Shown here: one piece after another, positions 15,885 to 16,510 of the stretch
Layout: every line of letters starts with the position of its first letter
How positions within the stretch are numbered: the stretch's first letter is position 1
Assembly (NCBI GenBank): GCA_033551855.1
Contig: JAWSUI010000074.1
Location: 1 to 16,510 of the forward strand
Direction of reading: 5' to 3'
Length of the DNA: 16,510 nt
Source of the DNA: Deferrisomatales bacterium
GTDB lineage: Bacteria; Desulfobacterota; Deferrisomatia; Deferrisomatales; JACRMM01
Translations under genes and position numbers: made by a program
Notes under the pieces: generated by a model
What the model saw: only the letters and a program-made list of their open reading frames with translations
Databases searched by the model: none
Told to the model about the DNA's origin: nothing

Positions 15885-16193
15885 GTGGAACGATCGCGAT
15901 CGGCGCCCCGCCAGCAGGGCCTGGAACGGTTCGAGAGGAACCTCTTCGAACGGCTTCGTGCCCTGAAAGGAGGGGCGCCCCCGCCCGACCCCCGAGGGGG
16001 TGTGGACCGCGTCGAGCTGGCCCTGAAACGCATCGGCTGGGGCAACTACCGGCTCTGTGCGGAATGCTGGGGGGCGATCGGGGAAGAGCGCCTGGAGGAG
16101 GATCCCACGAGGATTACCTGCAGCCGTTGTGCATCGAAGAAGCCTCGGTCACGAGAGCCGGGCGGCGGAAGCCGACTCGTCCAGACCCGCTGA
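15885..16193 (+). CDS. DksA/TraR-family C4 zinc-finger protein, short form
   Basis: VELALKRIGWGNYRLCAECWGAIGEERLEEDPTRITCSRCAS: C-x2-C-x17-C-x2-C with the ALxRI..G.Y..C context typical of DksA/TraR; SD AGAGGAG. Confidence 0.78.
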   Translation: MERSRSAPRQQGLERFERNLFERLRALKGGAPPPDPRGGVDRVELALKRIGWGNYRLCAECWGAIGEERLEEDPTRITCSRCASKKPRSREPGGGSRLVQTR

Positions 16194-16343
16194 TTCCCCC
16201 CGCGGAGCATCCCGGCAGGAGTGACGCCACGGATTCGCTGGATCGCATGCCTCCGCCGGGCGCCGAGCCGCCTGGCCGGCTTGGCGATCGCCCGCCGCGA
16301 TCGACACAGGAAACGGGTGAGACCGGGCCCGTCTGCCCTCCGG

Positions 16344-16396
16344 GGGCCCCTCCCTTCGAAAGGTCGCGGATTGCGGCGCTCGGCGGAGGGGCTTTC
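16344..16396 (+). repeat. Dispersed ~53-bp hairpin element, copy 3
   Basis: GGGCCCCTCCCTTCGAAAGGTCGCGGATTGCGGCGCTCGGCGGAGGGGCTTTC; 37/53 ungapped identity to copy 2; GCCCCTCC/GGAGGGGC basal stem, GTCGCG-GAT-TGCGGC apical stem. Confidence 0.7.
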
Positions 16397-16429
16397 CGGG
16401 CCTGTAGGCAGCCAGGTCGTGGACCATGA

Positions 16430-16458
16430 TCGAAGGAACCCATGTCGAAGGAACCCAT
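16430..16458. repeat. Tandem 14-bp direct repeat abutting a -35 box
   Basis: TCGAAGGAACCCAT at 16430-16443 and 16445-16458 (period 15). Confidence 0.85.
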
Positions 16459-16487
16459 TGACAGGGGGTCGCGGGGCGGGGTATAAG
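16458..16487 (+). promoter_or_regulatory. Strong sigma70-type promoter directed off the right edge
   Basis: TTGACA (16458-16463), 18 bp, TATAAG (16482-16487). Confidence 0.7.
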
Positions 16488-16510
16488 CCTGCTTCCTTTT
16501 CGGGGGGGCC

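Noticed and set aside
1366..16045. Long antisense or alternate-frame ORFs (e.g. 1366..2667-, 2757..4043-, 9037..10584-, 10032..11606-, 11276..13057-, 14318..16045-)
   Set aside because: They overlap well-supported genes and are Arg/Gly/Pro-rich shadow frames expected at this GC content; no family motifs.

Overview
A very GC-rich bacterial window; gene style suggests a deltaproteobacterium (Desulfobacterota/Myxococcota-like), which is only an impression. From left to right: a minus-strand tolQ-tolR-tolA operon running off the left edge; a divergent prepilin peptidase (pilD); a complete liv-type ABC transporter operon (livKHMGF) with a GTAG-type REP palindrome after the binding-protein gene; a ~670-bp intergenic region; an intact PNPase gene lacking the usual upstream rpsO; a single-domain response regulator coupled to prfC (RF3). 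An accessory or decaying block follows: an internally deleted groEL ('mini-GroEL'), a fused MNT-HEPN protein with degenerate catalytic motifs, a hypothetical ORF, a macrodomain protein, an MFS transporter and a short DksA/TraR C4-zinc-finger protein. A strong promoter points off the right edge. The most notable unexplained signal is a ~53-bp hairpin-forming element present three times (1499-1551 minus, 2554-2607 plus, 16344-16396 plus). Each copy lies 48-61 bp upstream of, and co-oriented with, a TTGACA-N18 sigma70-type promoter.
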